In this document: piece by piece, positions 62,590-64,000 of the stretch | Layout of the letters: each line of letters opens with the position of its first letter | Position numbering within the stretch: position 1 is the stretch's first letter | DNA from: Octopus sinensis | Taxonomy: Eukaryota | NCBI RefSeq assembly: GCF_006345805.1 | Contig: NC_042997.1 | Location: 139,314,001 to 139,378,000 of the forward strand | DNA length: 64,000 nucleotides | Reading direction: 5' to 3' | Translations under genes and position numbers: made by a program | Notes under the pieces: model-generated | What the model saw: the letters and a program-made list of their open reading frames with translations, nothing else | Database searches by the model: none | What the model was told of the DNA's origin: nothing

Positions 62590-62720
62590 CTTGGTGTTAT
62601 CCTTCGCCACTATCCCTGAGCTCAATCCCTACCTGTTGGTTTGTGTGTATCTTTTCTTTGACATGGAGGTTTTCCAGTGCTACATCTACCACCTGCTGGA
62701 TATTCCATTTTCTGCCAGTT
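62590..62720 (-). pseudogene. Possible relic of an RLE-type (Hero-like) non-LTR ORF
   Basis: Minus frame TGRKWNIQQVVDVALENLHVKEKI resembles the recalled TGRKWxAxxAVxxAxxxL motif. Single motif only. Confidence 0.3.
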
Positions 62721-63692
62721 TTTAGCTAGTCTAGACTGATCTCACAACCCTGTTTTTCGAGACGTCAAGTACACCTAAAGAACCTCGCGACACACAAGAA
62801 CGATGTCAATGTCCGGATAGAACACCAGACATTTTCGTGCGTGTGTGTTTAATTGTTAATTGGGTTACTATAGTTTTAAATGATCTCGTCCGATATCATA
62901 TATCAACAGAGATCATATCAGGTTTTAAATCATCATCGCCTAGAGTCAGAAGATTTTGTATTTGCTTGTGAGGTTTATTGCCAGCAAGCTATATCTGCAA
63001 TCTGCTTGACTGCATTAACTACATTTTCCTTCAGTAAAGAGAGATATGTTGCTTTCTTTGATTTGAGGCTCATCATGGACGAATTGAGGGTGTCGGCTAA
63101 CTGATTCAGGGTTTTGCGTGTGTCAACCTCGTTTGTATCATTCAGAAAAGTTTTTAGAGGGGAGACTTGGTATCCACACACGTATACACGCGCGCACACA
63201 CATAAACGCATACACACACGCATCACACACACACATACACACATGTATGTGCGTGCGTGTGTGTCTGTGTATGTATATGTTTTTACATGCGTGCCTCTAT
63301 ATGTAAAATGTGAGCGCACGTGTGTGTGTGTGTGTACTGGCGCATATATTTTTGTGTGACGCATATATCTATTTTTATAGAGGTAGAAAACGATACGCCG
63401 AATTGCAGAAATTTAAAGTATTAAGAAATTTAAAGTATTAAGAAACATGGTACTCTCACCCAGTCACGCACGCACTCAACCAAATCTAGTACATATGTAT
63501 CATCTAACCACGGCAGGGAGCGAATGTATTCTTAAGGTTAACTTTTAGTGACTAGTGATTACTTTTAGGCTTTATCGCTAATTCATTTCACAAACAAATT
63601 GAATGCGAATTTTTTTAGCAATGATGGTCCAGACCTAAGCTATATTTGAAGATAAAATAACTGAGATTTGGTTCTTAGAAAAAAAGTTAGAC

Positions 63693-64000
63693 CAAAATAT
63701 GTGAGGCCAAAAATGGGTGAGTAAGATCAAAAATTGACTTTCAATCAAAATATCTCAGTTATTTTGAAAAACTTAATTAATTGGGTTTAGAAGAACGTGC
63801 TGATTGAGAAGAATCTTTTGGTAGAAATCACTTTACAAAAAATTAGCTACGAAAAACGTAATGTAGCTTTTAAGTGACGAAAAAAATTACAAGTAACCCC
63901 TACCCCCCAAAAATGACTTTGAATCAAAATATGTGAGGCCAAAAATGGGTGAGTAAGATCAAAAATTGACTTTCAATCAAAATATCTCAGTTATTTTGAA
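63693..64000. repeat. Identical 76-bp direct repeat (63693-63768, 63925-64000; offset 232), truncated by the window end
   Basis: Direct comparison. An inverted partial copy AAAATAACTGAGAT lies at 63654-63667. Confidence 0.85.

Overview
Repeat-dominated, AT-rich animal DNA with no supportable host protein-coding exon. The tRNA-derived SINE families and long (TA)n/(TATG)n/(TAGA)n microsatellites point to a coleoid cephalopod, probably Octopus; this is inferred from recalled repeat families, not from a search. Main contents: (1) a full-length, young Ty3/Gypsy LTR retrotransposon (44130-49999) with 587-bp LTRs, 4-bp TSD, tRNA-Trp-type PBS, PPT, a -1 frameshift signal and three disabling lesions; (2) two diverged ~2.2-kb ORF1-only (RRM-like + CCHC knuckle) non-LTR-like elements head-to-tail at one site inside a SINE head, separated by copies of the target sequence (11787-16159); (3) an 891-bp non-coding unit with two intact type I hammerhead ribozymes 577 nt apart (36968-37858), resembling a retrozyme or Penelope-dependent element, plus a third intact hammerhead core at 35427 and several decayed ones; (4) Tc1/mariner relics, MITEs, a hAT MITE with 8-bp TSD, Helentron-like elements, an RTE 3' fragment, many SINEs, and a perfect palindrome with 117-bp arms. 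Most ORFs in the track are microsatellite read-throughs. All alignments and folds were done by eye.
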